Shown: piece after piece, positions 52,721-64,000 of the stretch
Layout: each line of letters starts with the position of its first letter
Position numbering within the stretch: position 1 is the stretch's first letter
Source: Girardia tigrina
Lineage: Eukaryota
DNA length: 64,000 nt
Assembly: GCA_001938485.1 (NCBI GenBank)
Contig: MQRK01232790.1
Coordinates: forward strand, 18,114 to 82,113
Direction of reading: 5' to 3'
The notes under the pieces: model-generated
Seen by the model: only the letters and a program-made list of their open reading frames with translations
What the model was told of the DNA's origin: nothing
Database searches by the model: none
Program-made: the position numbers and the translations under genes

Positions 52721-53993
52721 TTATGTTGTTTAAAAAATAATGTCGTTTTTTGAATGGTTCTGATTTTTGATCATATTTTGAAATAAATCTTTATCATTTA
52801 TTTATACATAATTGTAAAGCCTATGAAAAACTCTATATTTATATGATACTTTGTTTAAATATTAACTTTAAAATAACGCGTTTATTCAAATAGTTTTCAA
52901 TTGCAAAAAGCGCAATTACGAGCAATTTTTTATATGAATTCAAACTTGGCCACAAAGCATCGGAGGCCGCCCGTAATATCAACGGTGCATTCGGTGATGG
53001 AACCACAAACGAACGAATGCTACAACGTTGGTTCAAAAAATTTCAAGAAGACGATGAGACCCTCAAAGATGAAGATGGCCGTAGACGGAAACCTGCTATT
53101 GAAAATGAAAATTTGAAGGCTCCAGTAGAAGCAAATCCACGCACAACAGTTCGAGAGCTTGCGGAGAAACTAGGTGTCACGATAGGAGCAATTTCAAACC
53201 ATCTGTGTGACATTTGGAAGTCAAAAAAACTGGATAAATGGATTCCATACGAATTAAATGACAATTAAAAAATGCGTCGTTTTGAGGTTTCGTCTTCACT
53301 TCTTCTGCAGAACAAGAATGAACCGTTTCTGGACCGAATTGTTACATGTGATGAAAAGTGGATTCTCTACGACAATCGGAGACGTTTTTTCTCAATGGTT
53401 GGACCACGATCAAGCTCTGCAATCCTTTTCGAGACTGAATTTGTACCAAAAAAAGATGATGATAACTGTTTGGTGGTCTGCAGCCGGTGTTATTCATCAT
53501 AGCTTCCTAAATTCAGTAGAAACAATTAAAACATATACTATCAAGAAATTGTCAAAATAAACCAGAAACTCCAACAACAACAACTAGTATTAGTCAATAG
53601 GAAGGGGCTTATTCTTCTCCACGACAACGATCGGTCACACATTACACGTCTGACAATGCAACTGTTGAACGAACTTGGCTACGAAATTTTGAGTGATCAA
53701 CCATACTCACCTGACCTCTCGCCTACTGATTATCACTTTTTCAAACATCTTGACATTTCCCTCCAGGAGAAAATCTTCAAAAATCAAATAGATGCTAAAA
53801 CTGCCTTCAACGATTTCATCGCCTCCAGAAAGCCAGAATTTTATGCAACCGGAATACATAAACTTGTTTCTCGTTGGCAGAAGTGTATTGATGCTAACGG
53901 TTTTTATTTCGATTAAGAAAGTTGATTCTACGCTGAGATATTTGTCTTTAAAGATCAAAGTTAAAAAACGACATTATTTTTTAAACAACCTAA
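52721..53993 (+). mobile_element. Mariner (DD34D) element, pseudogenised
   Basis: TIRs tta(t/g)gttgtttaaaaaataatgtcgtttttt. Motifs LDKWIPYEL, RIVTCDEKWILYDN, LHDN and YSPDLSPTDYHFF. Confidence 0.94.
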
Positions 53994-54899
53994 TATTTTC
54001 TACGTTTAAATATTTTTTTCTCAATTGAAGTTTTAACTTCTCGAAGATTAATTTACTATTAATCATTTCAAAATTTGTTTGCTTTTAAATACAAAGTTGT
54101 CAAAAGAAACCTTTTCTTCGAAATAGGTGTACACAAAATCGTGGTAGAAATAGGGTTAAAAGACATTTTAATCAAAATACATCTAGTAAAAAACACTAGC
54201 TTAGTAAGCAGTATTAGCTTATTAAAAAAAGAACAAAACTCTTTGCGTTTAAAAAGTATACTAAGCTAATAGCTTAATATAGAGTACTATTAGATTTTAG
54301 CAAAAGGAATGAAGGTTTTTAATTTTTTGTAATTACCGCAATGTTTTACGACTAAAGCATGTATGATATTATGAGTCCTTCGAAAACCTAATATATACTC
54401 TTTCAGATATATTTGCTATTAAGAACACCAATTTGACTTTTTATATTTTTATTTAAACAACAATTTTGATTGTTCTTAAGACAATCTTTGTCAAAACTTT
54501 CGTACATTTGCATTCTAAGCAAAATTGATTAATGAATTAATTCTCATTATTTTTTTAGCAAATGGGGAAATAAATATTTTAATAAAATATTCACTCAAAA
54601 CTTATTGGATAATAATTAACATGATAATTAATTATTTAAAAATATTAATTTGATTTATTTATTAAATATTATAAAAATTAATAAACTTATTTAAAATTTT
54701 AAAATTATTTGAAATTAAAAATAAATTTAAACATTACATATTTTAGATAATAAGAATTAAAATATTAATCATCCATCTGGGTAGGAGAGACACAATTCCA
54801 AATCAACATACACATTCAAACACAAAACATCAAACATTCAAATATTCCTCACAGTCTAAAACGTATTATGTTTCTTTTGTTAATAATTTTGATTTTAAT

Positions 54900-55600
54900 T
54901 ACTGATTTCAAAACGAGATTTTCGTAACATTTACTTCTAAGCGTTCAAGCTATGGTGTAATGCAGCTCAAACCGCTCGAAACATCAACGAGGTTTGGGGC
55001 AATGGAAGTGTCAACGAATGCACTATGCTGCGCTCGTATCAAAAGTTTCACTCTGGCAATACCAGCCTGGAAGAAGAGCCTTGTGGCAGCCGCCCATCGA
55101 CGATTGACAACGACAAATTGAAGGAGCTGGTTGAAGCCGATCTTTGCACAACTGTTCGAGCACTCACAGAAGAGCTTAATGTTGATCTCACAACCGTTGC
55201 TCGGCACGTGAAGCAAATCGGAAAGTCAAAAAGGCTCGATAAATAGGTACCTCATGAATTGACTGAAAGTCAAAAAAATTGCCGTTTTCAGGCCTCTGTC
55301 TCATCCACCCTACTCATCGGACTTCTCGCCCACCGACTACTATTTCTTCAAGCATCTGGACAACTTCCTCCAGGAAAAGTGCTTCAAAAACCAAGACAAT
55401 GCCAAAGAGGCCTTTAACACTTACATTGCATCTAAAACGCAGGAGTTCTACACTAGGGGCATCAATAAACTTGTTTCTCGGTGGCAAAAATGTATTGATT
55501 CTGATGATCTTAGTTTCGACTAATAAAGATTATTCTGTGCTGAGTTACATTTGTTTAAAGTTTAGTTTCAAAAACCTGCATTACTTTTGTAACAACGTAA
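54900..55600 (+). mobile_element. Internally deleted mariner, left end missing
   Basis: The HTH half is joined at about 55289 directly to LSHPPYSSDFSPTDYYFF. Right TIR ...cattacttttgtaacaacgtaa-TA. Confidence 0.85.
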
Positions 55601-57479
55601 TAGCTTGTAACCATAAAACAGGATATTTAAACATTAAAATTCACTTTGTTACTTTGAATAATGAAGATTATGAATGGACAAATCACTTGAAGAAAATTTA
55701 CGAATAGAAAAAAGACTTTTATAAAGCCAAAATTATTAATTTTTGATGCTTAGATGTTTAAATTTATGCCATGGGGTATAATTAAAGTTTGAAAGAACAA
55801 AAGTTCCGTTGTTCCTTTCAATGTACTCTAATATGCTACAATAATATTGAATGAATAACTTGATGTATTTTTAATGACATTTTAATTCGAACAACTGTTA
55901 CTTTCTTAAAAGTTTTTCGGAGAAATGTTTTGAATTTTTTAAATGTTCTTATCAAACATTTTTCGATTTATGGACTAACAGATGTATGGGTCGGCATTAT
56001 ATAGTCCAGATAATTGTTATTAAATGAAAAATCCATAGAAAATTCATTATAGTAAATCATCTCTTTCTATTGTGGATCTCTACAAAAGTCGAGGAATAGA
56101 TGCACCGCCGATTGGACACTCATGGCAAGAGGTGCTCGATTGAATACCAATAATGATGAGAAAACATTAGGCGTCCATCCCCAGTGACGCCCCACTAACG
56201 CTACAGTGCCGCAGCAACTGTACTACGCCCGCTCTATTAATACCACCACCAATGATTGTTAATAAATCATTAAACTATGCTTAAATGTTTAAAGCGATTC
56301 ACTTAGACAGATTTTCAAGATTAGACCTAAACAATGGGTTGATAATACCTAACAAAAAAATTCTAATCATTATCTGCAGCAAATGAATCAGAAACAGACA
56401 TGTATCCGTCTTGTAAAAACATGAGCAAAAATGCGAGATAAAAATAATAAAGCAATGACATTTAATAAAATAAGATGTACGCATCAAGCGTTTGGATGCG
56501 GAGATATAATAATTTTATTTTAATAACATTCGAATGATTTAAATTTGATTCAAAAACACAAAAATAAATTCGATGGAAATGTACAAAGTACGTTATTCGT
56601 TTCTTAAGTCCTAAAATAGTGTAACTAATTCGAACATCTAAAAGTCATCAAGTATACATGAAGACAATTTCTGTGTGGTACACTTTTGACAATTTCCTAA
56701 TCCTATAATGCCAGAGTTGTGAAAAATATTGATGTAGGCATTTTACCTATCAAATATTAAAGCATGATACACTTCTTTGTCCTTCAGAAGAATGCTAGGA
56801 GGTAAGTTCCTGAATTCTTAATATCTACTTATTTGGAGGATGTTTCATCTTCATCAGCTAGGAAGAATTGCATCAGTGAAAATCAGTACTGAGTGGTAAT
56901 TATCTGGTAAAAACCGATAATTAAAGATGCATTTTTGAAGGAAAACTCTGATATGATTGAAGATTTATATAACGAATTATATGAGTTATTAAGGTTATAT
57001 AATGAAGAATTGTAAGTCATATAGTCTAGCTTAAATTTGAAGTGAAATAAGTCAAAAATATTTTTTAACTATGTTGGTCTTAATGAGTCTAAAATATAAA
57101 AGTTTAACCAATTTATTTTAACCTTTGATCAGGGACTTGATTTCTAAAAACGTATCATTTGATAAACCAAGTCAAAATATTTTCTCATTTGTAATTTAAG
57201 AAATATCAAAAATATTTTGTACAAATTATAAAAATTTAACAAAAAACGATTTTCATACACAAATTATGCTTATAAATTTTTTAGCAAAAATAAAGCGTAT
57301 TTTCCTATTATCTAATGCTATTCCAGTGAACTTGCCAGTTGTGTTTTTATATAATATTTATCCGTTATCTTTTTTAAGATCAATTTTAAAAAAATCATTT
57401 CAAAATATTTGTGTACTATGTTTTGCTTCAAAGTGGGCTGTTTGTGATTATTATATTAGGGTACTATATTCAGATACGA

Positions 57480-58443
57480 TGCTATCGCACAGCAGACAGT
57501 CTCAAATTGGTTCATGAAATTTGTGAAATTTATTTTTAACCTCAATACTGAGTCTCGGGGTCGCCCAGGAACAGAGGCAGACAATGAAGAACTGAAGGTA
57601 CTCGTGGAGTCTGAATCCGTCACAATGTGCTTATGATTTACCCCGAACGTTTGCTGCTAGACAGAAAAGAATATTGAATCACGCGGTTCAAATTCGTAAA
57701 GTAAAAAAGTTGGAAAAATGAATTCCAAATGGGTTGAATGAAAAGCAGATATAAAAAGTGTTTAAATGCCTGCTTGATGATGCTTTGTCACTTTTAATGA
57801 AAAGTGGATTCGATATGTTAATTGCAAACGTTTAGCAAACTGAATGGATTTGAGTGATGAACCAAAACACACTCCAAAGCACAACATTCATAAAAGGAGG
57901 CTGATGGTGATTGATTGTCTGCCGCAGGTGTAATCCATTATGATTTCATGAAACCTTATTCGTCAATAGATGAAATAATAGATGATTACTACAACCGATT
58001 GGAAGATATAATGAGGAAACTCAAAGAAAATTAGCCTAATTTCGTAAATAGTTTGACTCCTATCTTCCCATAAGACAATGCAAAACCGCATGCAGCACTT
58101 TAGACTTTGACAAAACTACAGCAACTAGAATTTGAACTTCTGCATCATCCTCCATATTCGTCAGATCTAGCCCCAACTCACTACCATTTCTTCTTCATTT
58201 CGAACAACTTTTTAATAGAAAATAAATTGAATTCCGAAGATTCCGTAAAAATGGCCTTTCAAGAATTTATAGATTTTCGCCCAACAAATTTTTATTCAAA
58301 TGGTTCTAACAAGTTGCCGCTCAAAAGGCAAAAGTGTTTTGATAATATCGGTGCATACTTTGATGAATGACATAAATATTTTTATTGGTAAATTACCAAA
58401 ACTTTGACTTTAGGTCTACAAATTTCATTGTTGATGACCTAAA
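57480..58443 (+). mobile_element. Decayed mariner remnant
   Basis: VKKLEK*IP, DNAKPH and LLHHPPYSSDLAPTHYHFF. Confidence 0.82.
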
Positions 58444-58790
58444 TTTTATTTATGTTCTTTTTTGCACCGATAATTATCAACGGGAACTAATGTAATGTAA
58501 AGAGTAATGAGAAATTTCCGTGAAAATATCTTGCACAAAAATCTATCTTGGGATGAGATCTTAATTACTAAAATTATTCTAGTGAACAATCGTCATTCAA
58601 GGTTAAATTTTGGACTTCTAACCTCTTGAATTTCATGTTTTCCTTCTTCTTGGATAGTAAGGTAGTTCGCATAAACCTTACTGATAAATAAGTTAGGATA
58701 ATTCCCGTACTCTAAAGCGACCTTGTAGAGACAGCTGAAGAGAAAAGTTAAACTCGGGTAGGGAGAACTCTAAATATTACTTCATCAATA

Positions 58791-59137
58791 CAGTGTTTCC
58801 ACTTTTAAATGTGATTTTTTTTCATTTTGAAGTGTGAATATTTCCACTTTGAAGTGTGAAAATTAAAAAGATGAAAAAGTTATATAAAAACATATAAAAA
58901 ATTGTTAAATAAAAAACACTTTCATGTAATGATTTAATTATAATTTTCATCATCAATTATTTTTCTGTTCAAGCATTTCGGAATAAAAGATAGCATGTGC
59001 CGATAGAAACAAGCCTATATTTATTAAATTATTTTCAATATATTAGTAGTAAATTTATTTATAAAGTTTTCACACTTCAAAGTGGAAATATTCACACTTC
59101 AAAATGAAAAAATTCACATTTAAAAGTGGAAACCCTG
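58791..59137. mobile_element. MITE with TIRs of about 72 bp
   Basis: CAG(T/G)GTTTCCACTTTTAAATGTGA... long TIRs built from 22-bp subrepeats, TA on both sides. Confidence 0.9.
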
Positions 59138-61893
59138 TAAATTTATTATTTTCATTTGTCTTTTTTCTTAGGAAGTAAAAAGGTGAAACTAAAATAAAAA
59201 AATTCGTACAATGTGATTTTATAAAATCGAAAAAAATATTTACTCTTTGTCTGATTTATGTATTTTATTTTGACAAAATCCACTTAAAAATTCTTTAAAA
59301 ATAAGTGTATTTTTCAATTACAAAAAATTGAATAGACATAATTCTCTCACAATACCGTCATTAAACAGTTTTCAATTGCCAAGATTAAAATATATATAAT
59401 TTTCTTCATTAAAAACATTAAAATAATTCTAGAAAGAAATGGTCTCTCCGAAAATTAATTTATGTAAATTGGGCATGAAATATTTCTTTAATCAATTCAA
59501 TCTTAAAATATAAAAAAAGTTTAAATTTCAACTTTAATAATATTTAATATTTTTATAGTATTTATTTATATTTATTATTATTCGAGTTGTAAAAACGACT
59601 AGTTTACTTAAAATTGATAACGCCGTTTGTTAAAGGGTCCATCGTAGCTTTGAAAATACATTTATATTCTATTGACAAATTAGTTTAACTTTTAAAAAAA
59701 TATCAAAATGTTTTTTGTAATTACAATAATTTGAAATGACTTTGAGAATTTAACTTCTTAAGAATGAGAATATCGAAAATGACAATTTATTTATAACACA
59801 AGAGTTTCAAAAAGTTTCCCGAATTCTGCTTATTTAAACAACTTTCCGAAATTTTCATTACACTTCTATTGACAAATTTCGTGGTTTATTAATTAAAATT
59901 AAAAATTATTTTTACATAATATTAAAATTTAAAAAAAAATTTTTAAAAAATATTTTTGTTTTGAAATAATGAAATTATTACTATTATGAACACTAATATG
60001 AGTTTTCACACATTTATTTTCATCACAATTCGAATTGTCTTTGAGTCAATTCTTTGCAAAGCTTTCATAATTTGACATCTCTCTAAATTGATAAATTTTT
60101 CTTTAAGTCTCGTTAATAAACAATTATTCGAACAAATTTTCATTTAAAATGATTTTCAGATTTTATTTTAAAAATCCTACTTTTTATAATTTCGTAAATA
60201 ATTTTATCTAAAAACTAATTTAATTTAAAAATAATTTTATTTATTTAATCAATTTAAAAATAAGTTTAAAAATTATTTATTCTATTAAAAATTTTCAAAT
60301 TTTAAACGATTTAATATTTTAAAAGTTTTTTTAACTTGTAGTAATTTAAAATGCAAACAATGCTCGAATAATTATTCATCACGAACATCCAAATTACCAA
60401 TTTTCCAAATACGATATTGTGATTAAATGAATGTTTATTTTAAAATGAATTTTTCGTGGTTTAAAAGAATTAATCAATTTGTGAGTTTAATTGAAAAATT
60501 AAAATTCAGTTACGTGACTTCTATTTAAATTGAATAACAGATAGTGACAAAAATAATTGCTAAAATATTTGTGATTTAAAATAAAGGAAAATCAATGGAA
60601 GCATTTGTTGAGGTCCTACAAGTCTTATATTTATTACCTCAAACTAGTCAAAGTGTTGTTTAATTCAGACGATCAAAATAATATTTAAACCGAGGGAAAG
60701 TAGATAATAAAATAAAATCCAAAACTCAATTTAAGAATTAATTCTTTTCGTATTAATAAGCTCGTTTTATTCAGTGATAAAGGTGTCCGTACAAATGATA
60801 GTTTGAGATTAGAACTAATAATTACGAAAATAAAAGTTTTATTGGATAAACAATGAAAAATTCCTAAAAATCTCTAACAATTATATTTTTAAGTCTTTAG
60901 AAACAAATCTCTTGAATCCAGCTTCACTGTGTCCATTGCTTGACTTCTCGTATCTTTTAAAGTGCCATGTCGTTTACATAGGTACCAAATACAGCGAAGA
61001 ATTATTTATCTTAATTAATAGGATAACGAGTTTTTAGTGCTAGATAAAGTATATAAGTCATACATCTAACTGTTTAAAAAGATTGTTCCCCTTTCGAGTT
61101 TAAAATATAGCGGTATTTTTGTTGTTTTTTTGATTAGTTAATAATGTCGTTAATGTTTTCACTTAAAACATTTAGGATCACTAATTACTATTTAGGATTA
61201 TTTGAGGTATAAAAAGTTCAAGGAAGTTACTATGACATACAAATTAAGAAGAGACATAATTTAATACTCTTATTATATAAATTTTATGAAAAGAATAAAC
61301 GCAAAAAATTAAAACAAGAAAAATAAAATAAAAGAAATTAATTGACTTAGAAAGAAGGCTGTTAAAAAGTTTTTATTTACTTTCCTCATTCTGTCTAATC
61401 AAAGTCGATCTGTAAACAGAATATTGTCTTGATGAGACATCGAATAATTTGCTTATCGCTTCGACCGCTAGATTCACTCTCAGTTTAGTCGAAATATTCC
61501 TTTCAGTAATGTGGATTCACAGAGAATATCGTCTCTTTGTATTCTATCTATTTTATTTTCTAAATGCTTTTTTGCAAATTCACTTGTGTCTTGGAGAAAG
61601 GGTTTCTTTTTTGAAAAGATTACCTTATTGTGTACGAATTGCATTAACACCTTTATTATTTAATTCGCATAAACCTTTTATTTTAAATGTTTGAAATAAA
61701 TTTATAACCTCTAATAAAAAAGATATTTTTGATTCCACAGCTTAACATCATAATAACAAAGAATCATTGAAAACTCCTAAATTTAATTCGTTTTTCAATT
61801 CATTAAATGTATAATTAACTCTATCACTGCTCCACATATATCGGTTGTTGTGAAAGTCTTGTCAAAAAAGTACTCCAAACAGATAAACATGTA

Positions 61894-63199
61894 CAGGGTG
61901 ATCATAAAGTAACTACGGGTTTTAAACTGCAATAACTTTTTTTTGCAAAATATTATGAAAAAATGGTTTTAATAACAAAAAAGCATTTATTAAAATTTAA
62001 TAATATTCAACAGAATAACCATCGACATCAATACAATGTTTAAGGCGTCCATGAAAAGACTATATAGCATTTTGGCTCATTTCACCACCTATTTTTGCCG
62101 CTTCTTGACAAATAGAATCTTTAAGTTGCTGAATTTTTCCTGGTTTTCTCTTATACACTTCATTCTTCAAATACCCCCATACAAAAAAAATTGAGTGGTG
62201 TCAAATCAGGTGACCTGGCTGGTCATACATATGGACCACATCGTCCCACCCAACGTTATGGAAACGCTTCATCCAGAAATTGTCGCACAATCATTGAATA
62301 ATTGACAGTGCTCCATCTTGCTAGAACACAGCTTTCCGTTTGCATGTTCTTGATAACGATAGCATAGAGCAACTTCTTAACATATCCAGATAAAGCGCCG
62401 CTGTTATGTTTCCTTCAATAAAAAAGGGCCCATAAATACGAGTTGAAGATAACCCCATCCAAACATTAACTTTTTCACTAGCTTGTGACCTTTGATATAT
62501 TTCTGTTGGTGTTTCAGTGCCCCAAATGCGACAGTTATGTCGGTTTACAATGCCGTTAAGATGGAAAGTTGACTTATCAGAAAATAACAGGTTACTTAGA
62601 AAATTTTCATCTGCATCTATCGATTGAATTAACGTTTCAAACAAAACAAGTCTAAGAGCGCAATCTTCTTCATACAATAGTTGCGTGGCTTGAATTCTTT
62701 GGGGAACATTTTAATTTGTTTCGTAATACTTTTGGAACAGTTCCATAAGAGCAATTCAGAGTTTCGCACGATTTCCTGATAGAAGACTGGGGTTTTTGCT
62801 TAAAATGTTCTGCTATCTCATTTTTATTTTCATCATCAATTGATGGTCTTCCAGATTTTGGGGTATTTAGAACGCTTCCTATTTCTTCAAACTTTTTGAA
62901 GATGCTTCTAATACTTTTTTCGGTCGGAATATTTTTCCATTTAAGTCGTTGAAGTTCTCTTCTTACTAAAGTCCCTGACTCATGCTTCGCAAATAAAATA
63001 ACAATTTTTACACGCTGATTTACATCCATTTTAAATCTTACATTTAAAACATTAACGAAAAGTAATACATTTAAACAAAATGTACTTTTAATTAAATTTT
63101 ACCTTTTAAATTAAGATACCTTTATAATTAAAAAGAAATACAATATAATTCAAACGTTATTGCAGTTTAAAACTCGGTAGTTACTTTATGATCACTCTA
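61894..63199 (-). mobile_element. Tc1/mariner (maT/DD37D-like) element, frameshifted
   Basis: TA-flanked TIRs of about 43 bp (cagggtgatcataaagtaactac...). Motifs PKSGRP, FSDKSTFHLNGIVNRHN, QDGA and PARSPDLTPL. Confidence 0.93.
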
Positions 63200-63269
63200 T
63201 ATATTTTAGAGAATATAAATAAATAAGATAAAGCAATGAAACTTTAAATTTAAGTTGAATAGAAGTGTT

Positions 63270-63790
63270 TTATACAATTCGTCAAAATGATCTCCAACCG
63301 CATACACGACGGCTTCCAGACTTTTTGTAAAAGCGGTACAGGCTTCACGACAACTTGTCACAACTTGGCACTTGCGTGAGGAACATGTCACTCTTTACAC
63401 GTATCCATATAGAGTAATCCAGAGGATTCCCACCTGGTGAAGCTGGTGGCTACTTTTCTTTGGTTGTAAAAGTAAGGCTTTTTGTCCTTCAATAACCTTT
63501 GGACGGCATTAGCCGTATGGCACAGTGTTCTGTCTCGAAACAAAAATTCTTCCCTTGGAAACTCCTTTTTAACCTCGGCAGTACAGTTTAACGCAGAGCT
63601 TGTAGGTGACCTGTGGCATTCAGTCTGTAACTAGCAGTGAAGAACACTGGAGGGCTGAATTGTTAATTCGTTGCTACTACATCAGACTCGAAATAATGTT
63701 CACACAGAGCATCCCGGTTGCTCAGCAATTTCATAGTCAAGGTGGCCCAACCGAAATAATGTGCAAATCAATGCAAATTTTGATGACATA
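63270..63790 (-). mobile_element. Tc1/maT-like transposase remnant
   Basis: PPASPGGNPLDYSIW and ACTAFTKSLEAVVYAVGDHF. Confidence 0.7.
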
Positions 63791-64000
63791 CATCTACAAA
63801 TAGATTTTTAAATATCAAAGATTGGTTTAAAAAAATATCATTACTTATAATCTCTAAATCAAATATAAATAAATTACTACATATTACACGGGGGGTTTTA
63901 AAATTTTATTTTCGAAAAAAATTACCCTGACATTGGTAAACGTATATTACACTTTTAACTATAATTAATAGCGTTTTTAATTCTAAAAAAAATGTATACA

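Noticed and set aside
56090-56235. GC-rich segment with a tRNA A-box-like start on the minus strand
   Set aside because: No B box or cloverleaf; it could equally be one end of a hAT MITE, and no partner end was found.
56835-56860. CTGATGA-agat-GAAA on the minus strand
   Set aside because: No stem II or stem I pairing, so probably a chance match.
63606-63803. GGPTEIMCKSM as a possible next amine oxidase exon
   Set aside because: Weak acceptor and poor similarity, and the opposite strand is a Tc1/maT remnant.
1-64000. Fanzor/TnpB cargo, spliced-leader RNA, snRNA or tRNA genes
   Set aside because: No RuvC-like motifs or recognisable RNA gene sequences seen by eye; profile searches would be needed to exclude them formally.

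Overview
Very AT-rich eukaryotic DNA, an invertebrate with planarian-like features (inference only), with several assembly gaps, mostly inside (TA)n tracts. The only host gene I can assemble is the 5' half of a flavin-dependent (MAO-like) amine oxidase on the + strand. It has five exons (18029-52300), two introns of 15-17 kb and one of 49 nt, and the C-terminal exons were not found in the window. The rest is mostly decayed transposons: about a dozen Tc1/mariner-superfamily copies, hAT and piggyBac elements and MITEs, an LTR-like dispersed repeat and a 5S-rRNA-derived SINE. Two items stand out. The first is a Penelope-like retroelement (RT + GIY-YIG) with three minimal hammerhead ribozymes whose core overlaps the ORF start codons, plus further decayed hammerheads beside (TA)n tracts. 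The second is a Tc1 element whose TIRs enclose about 1.9 kb of host-like DNA, including a RAD23-like pseudogene. No CRISPR array, tRNA or intact rRNA gene was seen. All calls come from reading the sequence by eye, with no database searches.
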